Of a stretch of 64,000 bases of DNA, positions 37,651 to 50,730 are shown in pieces. The notes below the pieces were generated by a model that did no database searches, was not told the DNA's origin, and was given only the letters and a program-made list of their open reading frames with translations. This stretch comes from Gnetum montanum (taxonomy: Eukaryota; Plantae; Gnetophyta): assembly GCA_015680685.1 (NCBI GenBank), contig MNCI01001632.1, positions 124,026-188,025 of the forward strand. Direction: 5' to 3'. The position numbers were made by a program, and so were the translations under genes. Position 1 is the stretch's first letter. Each line of letters starts with the position of its first letter.

Positions 37651-39546
37651 CTAAACTTGGTCATACTTACCCCATTGGGGTTCACACACTTGATTATAGT
37701 AAGCATAGTGGGGCAATTTATAAGATGTAGTTCCTAGATAACGAGTTGACCCACTATGATGATTGGGACCATGAGATGGTATGCAAGGATCAAGATGTTG
37801 CCTTCCATGACTATGTTCATTGGGCCATATGGTTGTTGGAGTGTTAATTGGTGTCCTTGATAAAGTGACATGAGGCATTGGATTCAAAGAGAAGGGTTCA
37901 CCACAGTGTTGGACTTGTGCTAGGTTGGAGGATGCAATGGCCTTGGAATCGTGTTGTCCCTTCTTAGCGTCATTTCTAAAGAAGGGATGCTTTTGATGTT
38001 GAGGAGGCCTCTCACTACTGTTGGTAGTAGTAGCACAAGTGATATTCGTGGGTTGTTGCTATGGCGCAGGCACCTTAGGAATAGTTGGTAACAATGTAGA
38101 AGGAGGGAAAGGATGAGAATGTCGAAACTTAAGAGACGTGTAAGGTGCACAAGGCAGTGGTTGTGTTGATGACATGGGCTAATAGTATTGAGGAGAATGG
38201 TAATGTGATGAGATAGAGTATGTTGATCCAGTTGGGGAAACAAGATGTTGAACTAGATAGGCATTTGGATTCAGATGATATGAAGGGTGTCTCCAATTTA
38301 AGGGTGGTTTCCCCCATGACTGGGATTGTTGCCGCTGTGATTGAACATAGTATCTCTATATGAATTTTGGATGTAGCGTGTTTCCCCAATGCTAATATAA
38401 ATGTAACAAGATTGGGCCTTGGCCCTTGGGGTGATCGTACAGGCATATGTTGCATTCATACGTATGATTGGTAGTTGATCTTTTATTTCCTTCATCCCTT
38501 CTTTGCGATTTCCTACTGATGTTTTGTCCTATTTCATGGCTTGTCAAAACTCTATCTCCAATAATATCAATAATTTCTCCACACTTTTTATGTGTCCATT
38601 CCAACATCTTATTGATCTTTGCCTCGACTTCCTCTAATGATTGTTGCATTGGCAAAGATGATTCTTCATCCTTGAGATAGGTTGATTTTTCCTTTTTGTG
38701 ATTATGGACCTTTGTTAAGTTGTGATTCTGATCGCATTGATATTTCTCAACACTCTCCCATCTAGTCATTTCTCCTTCTTCTTTTGCTACCTGGTTAATA
38801 AGCTTTTGGAATTGATGGGTTCGTAGTTCATATAGTTGCCCTTGGACATACATTCCTATAGTCTCTCTTGTTTCATCATGAAGCCCATCAATGATATGGT
38901 ACATTAGCCTTTCCTCGGAGAACTTATGGCCTGGACAGTTGTTTAACAATGCATAATATCTTTCTAAGGCCATGTCCAAGGGTTCATGTTGTGATTATTC
39001 ACACTCTTGGATTTGTTTACTCAAGGCTGACACTCTTGTGTAGGTTTGATATCTTTCGCTAAAGAGTTCTACCATTGTTGACCAACATCGTATTGAATTT
39101 GGCTTTAATGATCTATACCATACTTTTTCTTGGCCAACGAGTGTCATAGGAAAGAGCTTAAGTTTTTGCCAACCGTTATCAATGTTGTTCCATGTATAGG
39201 CATTGTAGAAGGCTTGTAAATGTTGATGTAGATCTAATTCATAGCCTCTTGAGAAATTGGGATAGTTTTTTAAATCGAGCCTGGGTAGACAGCTCTCTTT
39301 ACGATGCCTACGGGAGATTCGAATAGCCTCTTGTATTTGTATTAAGCTTCTAGTGGCCAGTAGGGGTTCATCGTCATCATGTAAGTTATGCTTTCAGGTG
39401 TTGGGATGATGTTGCTTTTGTTCATGTTTATAAGAAACCCCCACCTTGGGTTGCGTGCTCCAATCTTCATTGTCATATAATTCGTTGGTTATCCAATGAA
39501 CTGCCTCACTAAATGTGGCATTGTTATAGTCTTGTAGGAGAGGCAT
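37651..39546 (-). pseudogene. gag of element A, disrupted
   Basis: LHQHLQAFYNAY..WQKLKLFPMTLVGQEKVWYRSLKPNSIRCWSTMVELF; ERYYALLNNCPGHKFSEERLMYHIIDGL; degenerate knuckle CNICLYDHPKGQGP. Clearly homologous to the gag of B. Confidence 0.85.
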
Positions 39547-42443
39547 GATTGTGAAGCTATGTGTGAATTTTTATGTGAATTTTATAATTATTTCTTTCTA
39601 AAAGATATATCATTAATTTCTATACAGCGACCTTGTATGATATAACTAATCTAGATAACTAGCACCATCCCCGGCAATGCTGCCAATGATGAGTGGCAAG
39701 GTACCCCTACACTCAACCATACGAATATGAGCGTTACACGCATGATCTGGTCAAACTCCGTAGATGGACTAGTTGTGGCATCTAGACAGTTAGCCTTAGG
39801 TCACAGTTCAATGTCTTCCCACATGGACTAGTATTAGCTTTGTCACATATGGTTTAGTCTAGAGTGAGGTGTATGATGTGTTCCTACACTAATGCTACTC
39901 CTGGAGATAATGGAAAATAATATTAACTAATCTAGGACATAGAGGGTGAGAGAATCTAAACTAGCCTAAGTGCGATGAGCACCCATTCCTTGATTATCCG
40001 TACACATCTTGAACTTTGTACATGACTACCACTGGGGTTACCAAGCGCAAATCCTAGGTACACTCCTGGGTTACCAAGTAGTCACACTTAAATACTCATA
40101 ATCAAGTCGTACTCATTCTATGTTTAACAGGAGTTTAAGGGTGAGAGAGATATTAACTAAGAAAGTAGTAAATGATAATTAAATAAATAATTAAGCTAAG
40201 TGAATGCTGCAATGATGAAATAATCTCGATCTTTATTTCCAGTCATGTGCATGTCCAAGTATGTCACACTCGAATAAGGATGCCATACAATTACAATCAC
40301 CACACTGCGAGCATGTATTGGGAGGAAAGTGTTGAGAAGAAAAATAGAAACTAAAATCAAAACTTAACTCTAAAACTTATTGATTAATGCCCAAAACCAA
40401 GTGTGTTGCCTTTTATTTATAGGCTCACACTGGAACCACGATATCGCGGCCCTGATAACTAGGCTCTGATAACTAGGCCTAATAAACCATGACTCATCAG
40501 TTCCTTGTTCATCTCATCTAGGTCCAAGAACCACAATAACCACACAACCATACACACAACCTTTGTTTTCATTTCTCCTCACTTTGTGACATACCAAAAG
40601 GTCCACATTCTACAATCTCCATTTTCCTTAACATTTTAACATACCAAAAGGTCAACAATCTCCCCCTTTTTGGTGATGTCCAAAACTTAAGAAAATGGAT
40701 TATTATATCCCAAAAAAATAATTGGTCTATGGATGATACAAAGATGAATGACTATGCAAATATGCATTCTTTATACAACACATATTTATTAAACATAAAG
40801 AGACATAAGTAAAGCCTTGTTGATTTTGAATATAGCCATTTATGATCAAGGGATGAGTAATGTAGATTCATCAATTATCTTTTCTCTATATTATTTACTA
40901 TACAAAAAGAATCATTATAGTGATAAATAATTGGTATCATTTAATGCCCATGTTTCCACTATTATATCACATACAAGTAGCAAAATTCACAAAAGTCTCC
41001 CTCTTTTTTGGATATCATCAAAGAATGATTTGGGCCTTAAAATAGATAGTCATAGTAAAAGGTCACAAAATAATATAGATCAAGGGAGTCTTAAAGATAA
41101 ATATCAAGACACATCATATATTACTTCTCATTACATTTTCATATTCAAGATAGACATAGTATTTTCATGTGAGGAGAGAAAATATATGCACATCCATATT
41201 TTAAGACATAGATCAATTTTTAAAGAGATAAATCAAGAGAATAACTCATAACCAAGATGTTCATAAAAAAATAGTAGCCATGCATATCTTAGGGTAGATT
41301 AAAAAATCTCATCAATTTATTTTCAAGCTTCTCTAAAAAGCTTTGTTAAAAGAGAGTGTGACTACCTTTTCTTACTCCAATATACTACTAGTAATGCTTG
41401 ACATCTTCTAGGTGAGTATCATTCAGCTTATATCAATAATAAGTGACTTAAGTACCTAAAATAATACATTCTTAGTATATAAGAGATGCAACATTAACAT
41501 AGTGATATATACAAATAAATTCTAAAAGCTTGCATAATTTAAGATTACTTTTAGATAAAATATTTTTAAATATTGAATAAAAAATAACTTACTCTTTACC
41601 TTCAAGATTTTACAGGATGTAAATATACTTTTTGTTACTTGGTAGAGCTTGGTCATGAAGTGTCATGTCTTGGGGAAAATCTCTATAGACTCCCCCTACA
41701 TTGATGCTCCAAAATATGATAATAGTTAATGAGGTACAAGATTCCCCTACATATGTGCCTTACTTTCTTAATACATCAGTTGTAAAGTGAGTGATAATCT
41801 CATCTTTAATCCTTTTAAGATCTCCATCCTATTTGATTACAATATTTATTTTTCAAGAATATATAATGAGCCAATTATTTAGAAATATTAATTCTTATAG
41901 CAAAGAAAATCAATAGAAAAAAATCATATCAGCATCAACAAAATTTTTGTAATTCTTAATCATACATTCATGGCTCACTTTGTCATTACACTCCTTTGAA
42001 GCTCATGAGTATTTCCAATGCAATACTAAGATCAAGTATGGAGACTTTAACAAAACCAGTCTCATGTTAGTAGTATCTTATGATAAGAGATAGAAAAAAT
42101 TTTCAAAATAGATGCAATGTCTAAATACAAATTTTCTTCAATTATATTTATTTATATGGTCCCAAATCAAGAAACTTTTTAAAATAGTTTGGACTTGTAA
42201 ATAGCTTGAGAACATAAGATATAGTTAGACTAACATGATCTTTCTTTGAAACCATTTTCTACAATATCACACCTTGGGTGATCAAGATATATTTTCTTTG
42301 AAAGCTAAGGAATTCATATATATATATATATATATTTCAAAGAGAATTTCAAAAAAAAAAAAAACTAAACTCTATTAAGTTTAGCTAGCAAGGACCAAAG
42401 ACTTACCATGGCTTACCTTACTTGCTTTCTTATATGAGAATGA

Positions 42444-44297
42444 CTAACGGAGTTTCAGATGACGCCTCCTATCATAGAGTACCTTCTTACCATTAGTTTT
42501 TCTTTCATTATCACTTTTGTTAGTATCCTCAACCTTGTGTGAGATTATCTCCTAGTTAGATTTATGTTCCTCAAGGTAGGAGGATTCATAATTTCTAATA
42601 GTTATTAGTTTGGATTCCTTCAATCTTTCATAAGTTTCTCTAACTTCCTACTCATTCATTTAATTTTTGATAGTTATTAGTTTGGATTCCTTCAATCTTT
42701 TAGAATTTTCTCCAACTTCTTGCTCATTCTTTTTCCAAGTTATTGCATCCTATAAGATACACTCACTAGATTTCTTTTGACAAAATCAAGTATTTAAATT
42801 ATTTTGTTCTATGAGAGGATAATAATAATTTTTTTCATGACCACAATTTTTCCAACAAAAATAAAAAGTATTTTTCTCATAAATAGGATCACCAAACCTA
42901 ATATTTTTTGAAACTAAATTGGTACAAGAATCTTTTTGGGAGGTTTCTTTCATGATTTCACTTTTATGTTAATTTTGAGTCTTTTTTTTTTTTTGTTAAT
43001 CCTTTCTTCTTGAGTATCCCTACATTTCTTCTCATTTGAAGGGGTTTGTAATCGAATTTTAGATTTTATGTGTAATATATCCCTTTCTAGCTTCGAGGAT
43101 AAGGTATAAATTTTAGATATTTTTCTATGCATATTTCTCTTAACCTTTTTGAGTATATAATGTAAGATAAAAATGTCTTCATGTAACTCACTGTAACTTT
43201 TATCATGTTTACCTTTTAATTCATTAGATATTTTTTGATGAATTTTCATTCTTGAGGATTATACATATGAGATGTGAGTCCTTCTTAGTGTTATGTACCT
43301 GTTCTTCACTTTGTTCTCCATTTTCTCAGCTAGTATAGAAGTTTGTCCTTTTTGAATCAGCTTCAACTTTATCTCTTCATTGCAACCTACAAGTGCTAGA
43401 ACATTTGGAGACCACTTGGCCCCTTCCACCACATACCTAAAATTATATGGAAAATTCATCAAAATTTTAATTTTTATAATTTTTACTTTTCTCTTTACCT
43501 TTGTATTAATTGGGTCCTGGTTGGTTGAAGTTTCTTCCTTTCCTTACAAGAAGTCTTTGAACTCTTCTTGATAGAAGAGCTATTTTGTATTCACTATTCA
43601 TTTCATGTTTAACCTACTCCTTTTGTTTTGATGCTAATGTTAGAGAAATAGGCTAAAAATTTATCACTCCTTCACCTATGAGATTCATCTCATAAGCAAT
43701 CAATGCACTTTGAAGCTCCTCAAGTTTAAGGACCAAAAAGTCTCTAATTCCTTCCATAGCAGTGATCTTGGATCTGAACTTGGGCTATAATGTTATAATC
43801 ATTTTTATAATTACACCAATTTTAGGTAAGTCCTTTCTTATTCCCCTAATAACTACAACAAGATCATTTTCCCTAGAGAAGTAATCCTTAATATTTTCTC
43901 CTTCCTTCATTCTAAGCTTGTCATATTAGCTTTGCAATACTAAGAGTTTTTATTGGTTAACTATAGATGTGCCCTCATAAGTAGCTTCTAAGGTTTTCCA
44001 TATTTTCTTAGAAGTCTTAGACATAGATATTATATTAAATTAGAATTTATTTAATGCAAAATATAAATATTTTTTGGCTTCAAATTCATACATAAACTTA
44101 TTATTTTCTTCTTTAGTCCATTTGTTCCATGGCTTGAGAGCTTTTGAGGTGCTGTTGATGAATGATGTGTAGCCTTCAATGATTAACTTCCATACTTCTA
44201 ATTCCATAGACTTAAAGAATTCTTGCATCTTCACCTTTCAATATGCAAAGTCAAACTCATCAAACATTTGTGTCTTTGTGTATCATGTTCCCTCCAT
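42444..44297 (-). pseudogene. Copia gag of element C, disrupted; includes an in-frame 72-bp tandem duplication (42598 / 42670)
   Basis: KMQEFFKSMELEVWKLIIEGY; SKKIWKTLEATYEGTS; PKFRSKITAMEG. Ends VLYDRRRHLKLR*. Confidence 0.85.
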
Positions 44298-45458
44298 AGT
44301 TTACTCTTGAAATTTGAAGCACAAACTTGAGTGTACTCTGCTTCGATACCACTTGTTGATCAAGAATTTAGAAGAGGGATTGAATAAGTTCCTTAGTTTA
44401 AAATTACATCAACCACAAAAACATACCAATTTTATGTGGTTACCCAATTTGGGTACATCCATACTTAGAGGGTGGAATCCGTGCACACCTCTAGAATTTT
44501 CATCTTCAAAATGTGGTTTGAAGGGAATTATACCCTATACAAGCTTTGAGCTTTGCTTTGAAGTATTTCATTGCCATGAAACCACTCAACATTGAAAGGT
44601 CCCATAAAGTTCAAAATTTTATTTATAGGATGCCAAAACCTTTATAAAATTTAGATCCTTAATGGAGTGTTTTGATGTTGCAAAACCACTAGATCTTGTA
44701 GGATACTAACAAACTTAACAAGGATGTCTTCTCATAAGAAGCACATCAACCCCATAGGGCTACAAGAAAGAAAGAATATAATAATAAAAGAGTGTAAATA
44801 AATTTACAAATACTTGTACTTGAGGGTTATTACAATCACAAAAATCAAATGATGTTACAATGAAGAGAAAAACAAAATTACTTAGAATAGCAAATGATAA
44901 GTCTTTGTGTGAATAGTACTTGCAGAATTTCCAAGATTTTGACATTGTCTTATAGCTTTGAAGTTTTTGAAAAATCCTCAAAATTCATGCAATGACTACA
45001 AAATGACTAGTATAGAAATCTACTTTGAAGTTTAGATTTCTATCTGAGAGAGCCCTTAACATAGGAGAGATGTCTACGTGAAAAAGTAGGCATCTACCAT
45101 GTGAAGTCTTCCTATAGACATCCATTGTGTGAGTTAGATGTCTACTATTTCTAGTAGAAATCTACTCATAGAAGTGCTTTGAGAGATGAAGCATTTTAAT
45201 GACCCTTGGGCTTCTCAATAGTCTTTAGAGAATCTATACTTGATTTGTAGACTTCATTTTCATTTGTGCTCTCATCTAGTCCACTTAGTTTTCATTTTGA
45301 AATCTCACTATGGATCTCATTTCTATAATCTTATTTCTCATTTCAAAGTTCTTTGTTGACTAATTTTCTAATGTCCCTATAAGATCACAATCACATAGAT
45401 ACATTCTATAGTTTCCATTTTTCTTAACTTTTTGACATACCAAAAGGTCAACACAACA

Positions 45459-46650
45459 TGAATAAAATAGTCACCAAATCCTAGTTTATAGATAGAAGAA
45501 ATAATGAATTTCTATATAATCCTATCATAAGCTTTGAAATAATATAACTTAATAAAAAAAATGTCTTTTTTAGTATTATAAGCCCACTAAATTCCCTTAT
45601 GAGCTACAATAACATTATTTAAAATATATCTACCTTCCACAAAACCAATCTGCTTAGGTTTGATGATCTCTTTAATAATCTTTAGAATTTGGTGGGCCAA
45701 GCATTTATCTAAAATTTTATAAATATTATTAATAAGAGTAATATACCTTAAATTACCATTATTTTTTATATTTCCATTCATATAAAGAAGGAAATCATTT
45801 TTAATGACATCTTGGATAACATGAAAGAGATAATCTCCAACAATGTTCCAATGCTTGTTAAGAAATTAAATTGGAAAACCATCAAAACCTGGAGCTTTAT
45901 TAATTACTAAACTAAAAGCCATTACTTTTATTTCTTCCACTATAATTTTAACTACAAGAATACTACAATATACTTCTATTATAAGATGAGGAGTATGCTT
46001 ACTAGAGGCATGAAATATTTCCTTGTTAAAATATTCAAAAGAAAAATTAGAAGAAAAATGATTTGCTATAAAAATGTTAATAGTCTTAGGATCTTTAATT
46101 ATGAAATCATTTATATTAAGTGATTCTAATTTAGGAGATTTTTCCTTTTCTTTTAAAAATTTTAAAAGTTTCTTGCAAGGTTCATCTTCAATTTTTAGCC
46201 AATTAATGTGATGTTTAGTGAGATCACTTTTAACTTCAAAAGCATCCTAACATTATTTAGCATAATGAGTTTTAGCCAAGGATTTTGTGTTTAAAAATCA
46301 AATGGATTCTATTATGAAATAATTTGCATTGCTTTATAAATTTTTCAAGATCTTCTTCAACTTAATGATTACACTTAGCAAATTGCTTTGCAAATCATCT
46401 AGCATAATTTCTATCTCTACAAGTACTTCATTGACACCAAGAAATCCAACCAATATCACTAGTAGGATTTTTTTCTACATTCCATAAAGACTTTAAAATA
46501 TTTCCAATTTCATTCTATGAACATATTAGCATTTACATTTAAAAATGCTCATGCTTTCAAAAGGAGGAAAAATTAATTCAAGAGAGAAAAATATTAATAG
46601 AAAACTTTTCTTTTATAGTAGCATTTATATGAAATTATACTTTCCTTGTA
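45459..46650 (-). mobile_element. AT-rich L1 LINE, 5' part (N-terminal RT and upstream), 5'-truncated
   Basis: NKAPGFDGF (about 45875-45905); YITLINNIYKILDKCLAHQI..IIKPKQIGFVEGRYILNNVIVAH; KAYDR. Confidence 0.85.
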
Positions 46651-48511
46651 GGTGAAAGAAGTCCTATTGGTTTTGACTAATGGAATTTACCATATGAAAA
46701 ATGATGTGAGATAGTTGTATGATTCAAAGATAGTGTTGAGTGAATTTTCAAGAACACTCATGTATATCATTGTGTTTAATGACTATAAAAGAGATTATAA
46801 TACATATGATAGAAGGAAAACCCATGTTGCCATAGTATAGAGATGAGAAAATATTTATAATTTTTATGGAGACATACATGCATCACAATGCCTTGTGGGG
46901 ATAGGTGCAATTTTCATGTTATTATCCCTTATGAAAAATGCACAACACCACATATAGAAGGTGATAAATAGCTCTCGTTCACAACCTTGATGATCCAAAA
47001 ACATGTTGTATAGTCATGGCCTTCTTGGATAAGGATGAATCATCATACCACGTTGAAATAACAATTAAATAAATATTTTTAGTGTTTTAATGTTTTAAGA
47101 TAATAATGCTATAAATAAAGAAAAAACTATAAGCATTATTTATCATGCAAACCTTAAACTTTGCAGCAACTAAATGGTTCTATGCTACATAAGCAAGATA
47201 GCACTTTAACATAATGTAGCTGCACTTGTGAAAGTAATGATTGAAAAGGAATACAAAAATAAGGAAAACAAATCAACTTACTCAAGAAAGGAAGATCTCT
47301 TCATGAAAAATAGATATCAAAAATCAAAATGAAATAAAATTTATGCATAATATATGTGTGAAAGCTCATCCAAACTATTTATAGTTTTTAGAATGTAATG
47401 ATGGAGGTTTGTCAATGCCCAAGAGTCAACAAAGATTCATAAATGCAACCCTAGAAAATAGAATCATACTTTTAGTAGTTGGACCCAAACCTATGTAAGT
47501 AAGGGATGCATTGACATAGAAGAATTAATGTAGGGGATGTGCTAATGTAGGAGAGTCAGTGCATCCCTTGCTAGCAAATCAAGTCCAATCATAGATGAAA
47601 CCTGAAATTTGAAGGATCATGTTAGGAGGATCTTAAGTTACTAGAATAAGGTTGGAAACATCCTGAGGATCTTGAGACATGTACAAAAATCCAAAGCATG
47701 ATATAATAGGAAAAAGTGCATACCTAGGAGATAAAAACCTTAATCAAACATGCTACTATAAAAACATAGGATTCATGAAATACTTACAAAATCTAGGGCT
47801 TACAATAAACATTCAAAATACCATTGGATGTCTCATCATTCCCCCATTATTGAGTAAAGATATTTCCATAACTTTAATGAAATACCTCAAATAAAATTTA
47901 TATTATGCATAAGAAGCCTAATAGCCAATAATTTACATCGCAATTTGATGGGAATTTAAAGGTAGAAATAATTGCCTATTTTTCATTAGAAATTCTACTC
48001 TATGGCCTTATTTTAGTAAATTTTTGGAGATTTCTTTATGTGTAGAGTAACATTATAGTTTACAAGTTCGAACTTCATTTATGCTAACATATGAATGCCC
48101 AAAATGTTAATATGTTGCCAAAATTTGGCAAAAAAAGCCAAAAACGTTAGTGGCCCATAGGTTGGAATGTGGATCATGAAAATGTCCAAATATGCCATCA
48201 AATTTGGTCGGAAATCTCCATACATTGGTGGCCCATATGTTGTAATTTTGGGTGGTGAAAAGTATCACATACATTGGTATTTCATGCCTAAAATTCAAAA
48301 CATTAGTATGTCATATGTTGTAGATTTTGATCACCAAGAGCATTAGAAACTTTGTTGGGAATATTAGAAATTTGACAAAACCAAATGATCAAAAAATTAA
48401 AATATTCATGGCCTATTTAAATAAAATTTTGCATCATTTTGAGGACTTTTGGATAGTTTCATTCAACTGAACTAAAGACTTTCAGAGTAGTGTAATCATC
48501 TAAGAGCCCAT

Positions 48512-50730
48512 TGTGGATTGTTGAACTTAGAGGGAGTGGTGGTGGAGGGGGGTGAGAGATGAATAAGTTTACCAAAATAAAATTCCTTGCGATAAATAAC
48601 ACACACCAAATTTAATGTGGTTCCCCAACTTGTGTAGTACACACTCGAAGGGTAGTTTGCAAGCACACCTCTAGATTTTGTTGCCCTCAAATGTGGTTTG
48701 AAAGGCGCCACACCCTGTATAAGCACTAAGGTTCACTCTAGAGTGATTCAACACTACAAATATACTTAACCCTAAAAGGTCTCAATAATCTTAGAATGTG
48801 ATTTCTAGGATTTCATAACCCTTATAATCTTGAGCTCCACTTCGGAGTGTTTTGGCACTACACCAACACTCAATCCCATAGGATCTTGACAAGCCCAAGC
48901 AAGATGACTTCCTGTAAGAAGCTCATCAACCCCATAGGGTAAAAATAGAGAACAACAATTACAAGGGATGAATTCAACTCAATTTGCTAGTCCTTGTAAT
49001 TAAGGTATAGCTCAATTTATAATAGACAAAAGATAATACAATGAGGAGAAACAATGATTATAATGAATGTCAAATGATTACACAATGATTGTATAAAAGC
49101 TTGCATATTTTCCAATAAGAATGATGTCTTCTTATAGCCACTATGTTTCCAAATATATCTTGGAACTCATGCAATGGCTAGTTAATGATCATGAAAGACA
49201 TCTTCTTTGTGACTAAGACATTTTTTTGCATTAGGCCTCCATTCTAAGCAAACATGTTTGTTTGGTGAAAGACATCTTTGTTTGATGAAAGACATCTACT
49301 ATTTTGTAGAGACATTTTTTCCTATGCTACCTTTAATTATGCCAAGACATCTAATATTTCTTGAAGATGTCTTTCTTCACCATTTCTTTTCACTTTGAAT
49401 TCTTTATTTCTTATCCATGTTCTTGAGCTTCCGCACACCTTCTTGTCTTAATCTAATTTCTTATCATGCATAAACACAACAATCACACAACCACACAAAC
49501 AATCTTGTTCTCCATTTCCCTTAATGTTTTGACATACCAAAAGGTCCACAATCTTTTACTTTTTTGGTAATGTCTAAAACATAAGAAAATATGTTAGTTT
49601 TGTCCCAATATAAAATAATTCCTAAGCTTCCTCTCCTCCTTTTTAGACATAACCAAAAAGGATAAATTAAATCATCAAGACATATAAAGTCCTATGGTAG
49701 CTAGGGATTAAGATAAAGCATTGTGATGTAAGGGAGTGAGATAGTACAAGAAAAATAATGAGCAATGGTATATCATAGAGATAAAAAGGAAAACACCATC
49801 TATTTAGAACTCACCGCAAACTATTACAATCCATATTGTCCATAATCACATCAGAGCACAACTATTTGTAACTATCACATCGCATTAGTCACATATATGT
49901 AAAGTTCTACGATCACATATGTAAGAACCAAAAAATATATCCTTCTTTTTGAGGATCAATAAAAAGAGAGAAAATAACCACCTGAGGTCTCAATCATTAA
50001 CTTTAGTCACATCCTTATACTCTCAATCCTTTGTTGCTCTAGATGGATGATAGGTATCCTCCTCATCATCATAACTACTAGTGTTGGGATGGCTTAATCT
50101 CTACATATCCTCATTATAGGACTCAGTTTGTTGAATGGGAGCCTACTTGGGATGAAGATTCACTTGAAACCAAGATGAATATAGTGGAGCTAATGGATTT
50201 GGAGGTTCCTAAACTAGTACCCATTGGGATGTGGTCCTGAAGATGCTCTCCATAGCTTGTTGCTTAGATGAGCTAGGAGCATCAGTAGAAGGAGGAGTTG
50301 AGTAAGTAGGAGAAACTAGATCATGATGCTTTGGTTGCTGCATGAGAGCATGATGCTCCCCCTAGACACTAGCTGAGGATGGATTTGGCTCTAAATTTAA
50401 CTCCATCCATGAGTCATATGCATGTGAGGATCTAATTGTTGAAGAATGTATCAATGCAAAAAGAACATCTTCCTCACTATCAAAAATAGAAGGAGTAGTA
50501 ACCTCCTCAAATACCTACCCATCTGAGGGAGTTGGAATGCCATCTACATACAAACTCTTAAGCAAGAGAGGTTCCTCTCAAGTTTCTTGATAGCTTTTGC
50601 AAAGGGTAAGAGAATCTTCTTTAGCGATGAACTAATATGAGCACCCATGGATTTTAATCTTCATAGCTATGGAGATTCTTCCTTCTTCTTTTTTTGAGAT
50701 CTAGTGCTAGGTCATGCTTCTACTACATGG
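48512..50730 (-). mobile_element. Truncated SIRE-type element E: 3' LTR 48512-49550 plus PPT region and a low-complexity 3' ORF remnant
   Basis: The LTR is homologous to the D LTR (TGTGGATTGTTGAACTTAG...CATACCAAAAGGTCCACA). It is followed by degenerate PPTs at about 49551 and 49630. No 5' LTR, PBS or matching TSD was found; the right boundary is approximate. Confidence 0.8.

Larger units (their letters stand above)
27873..40499 (-). mobile_element. Athila-type Ty3/Gypsy element A, non-autonomous, inserted in the 5' LTR of D; LTRs 27873-28712 and 39687-40499
   Basis: Perfect TSD GTTCC (27868-27872 / 40500-40504). TGATGAG...CTCATCA termini. Asp-tRNA-type PBS TGGCAGCATTGCCGGGGA (39668-39685). 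PPT ATGGGGGTA next to the 3' LTR. Confidence 0.93.
22213..40607 (-). mobile_element. SIRE-type Copia element D, gag-only, inserted in the 3' LTR of C; 3' LTR 22213-23449, 5' LTR 26770-27872 plus 40505-40607
   Basis: Perfect TSD TTCTA (22208-22212 / 40608-40612). PBS TGGTATTGAAGC (26756-26767). PPT at 23450-23465. The two LTRs are homologous. Confidence 0.92.
21153..45453 (-). mobile_element. SIRE/Maximus-type Ty1/Copia element C, gag-only and non-autonomous; 3' LTR 21153-22212 plus 40613-40657, 5' LTR 44354-45453
   Basis: TGT...ACA termini. TSD CAAGA (21148-21152) / CAACA (45454-45458). Met-tRNA PBS TGGTATCGAAG (44341-44351). PPT CCAAAAAGGGGGAGAT (40658-40673) plus further PPT-like copies near 40995 and 41690. 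Confidence 0.9.

Noticed and set aside
48090-48340. Degenerate repeats of ACATTGGTGGCCCATATGTTG
   Set aside because: Real but irregular. Probably internal repeats of an unidentified TE, with no further structure supportable.
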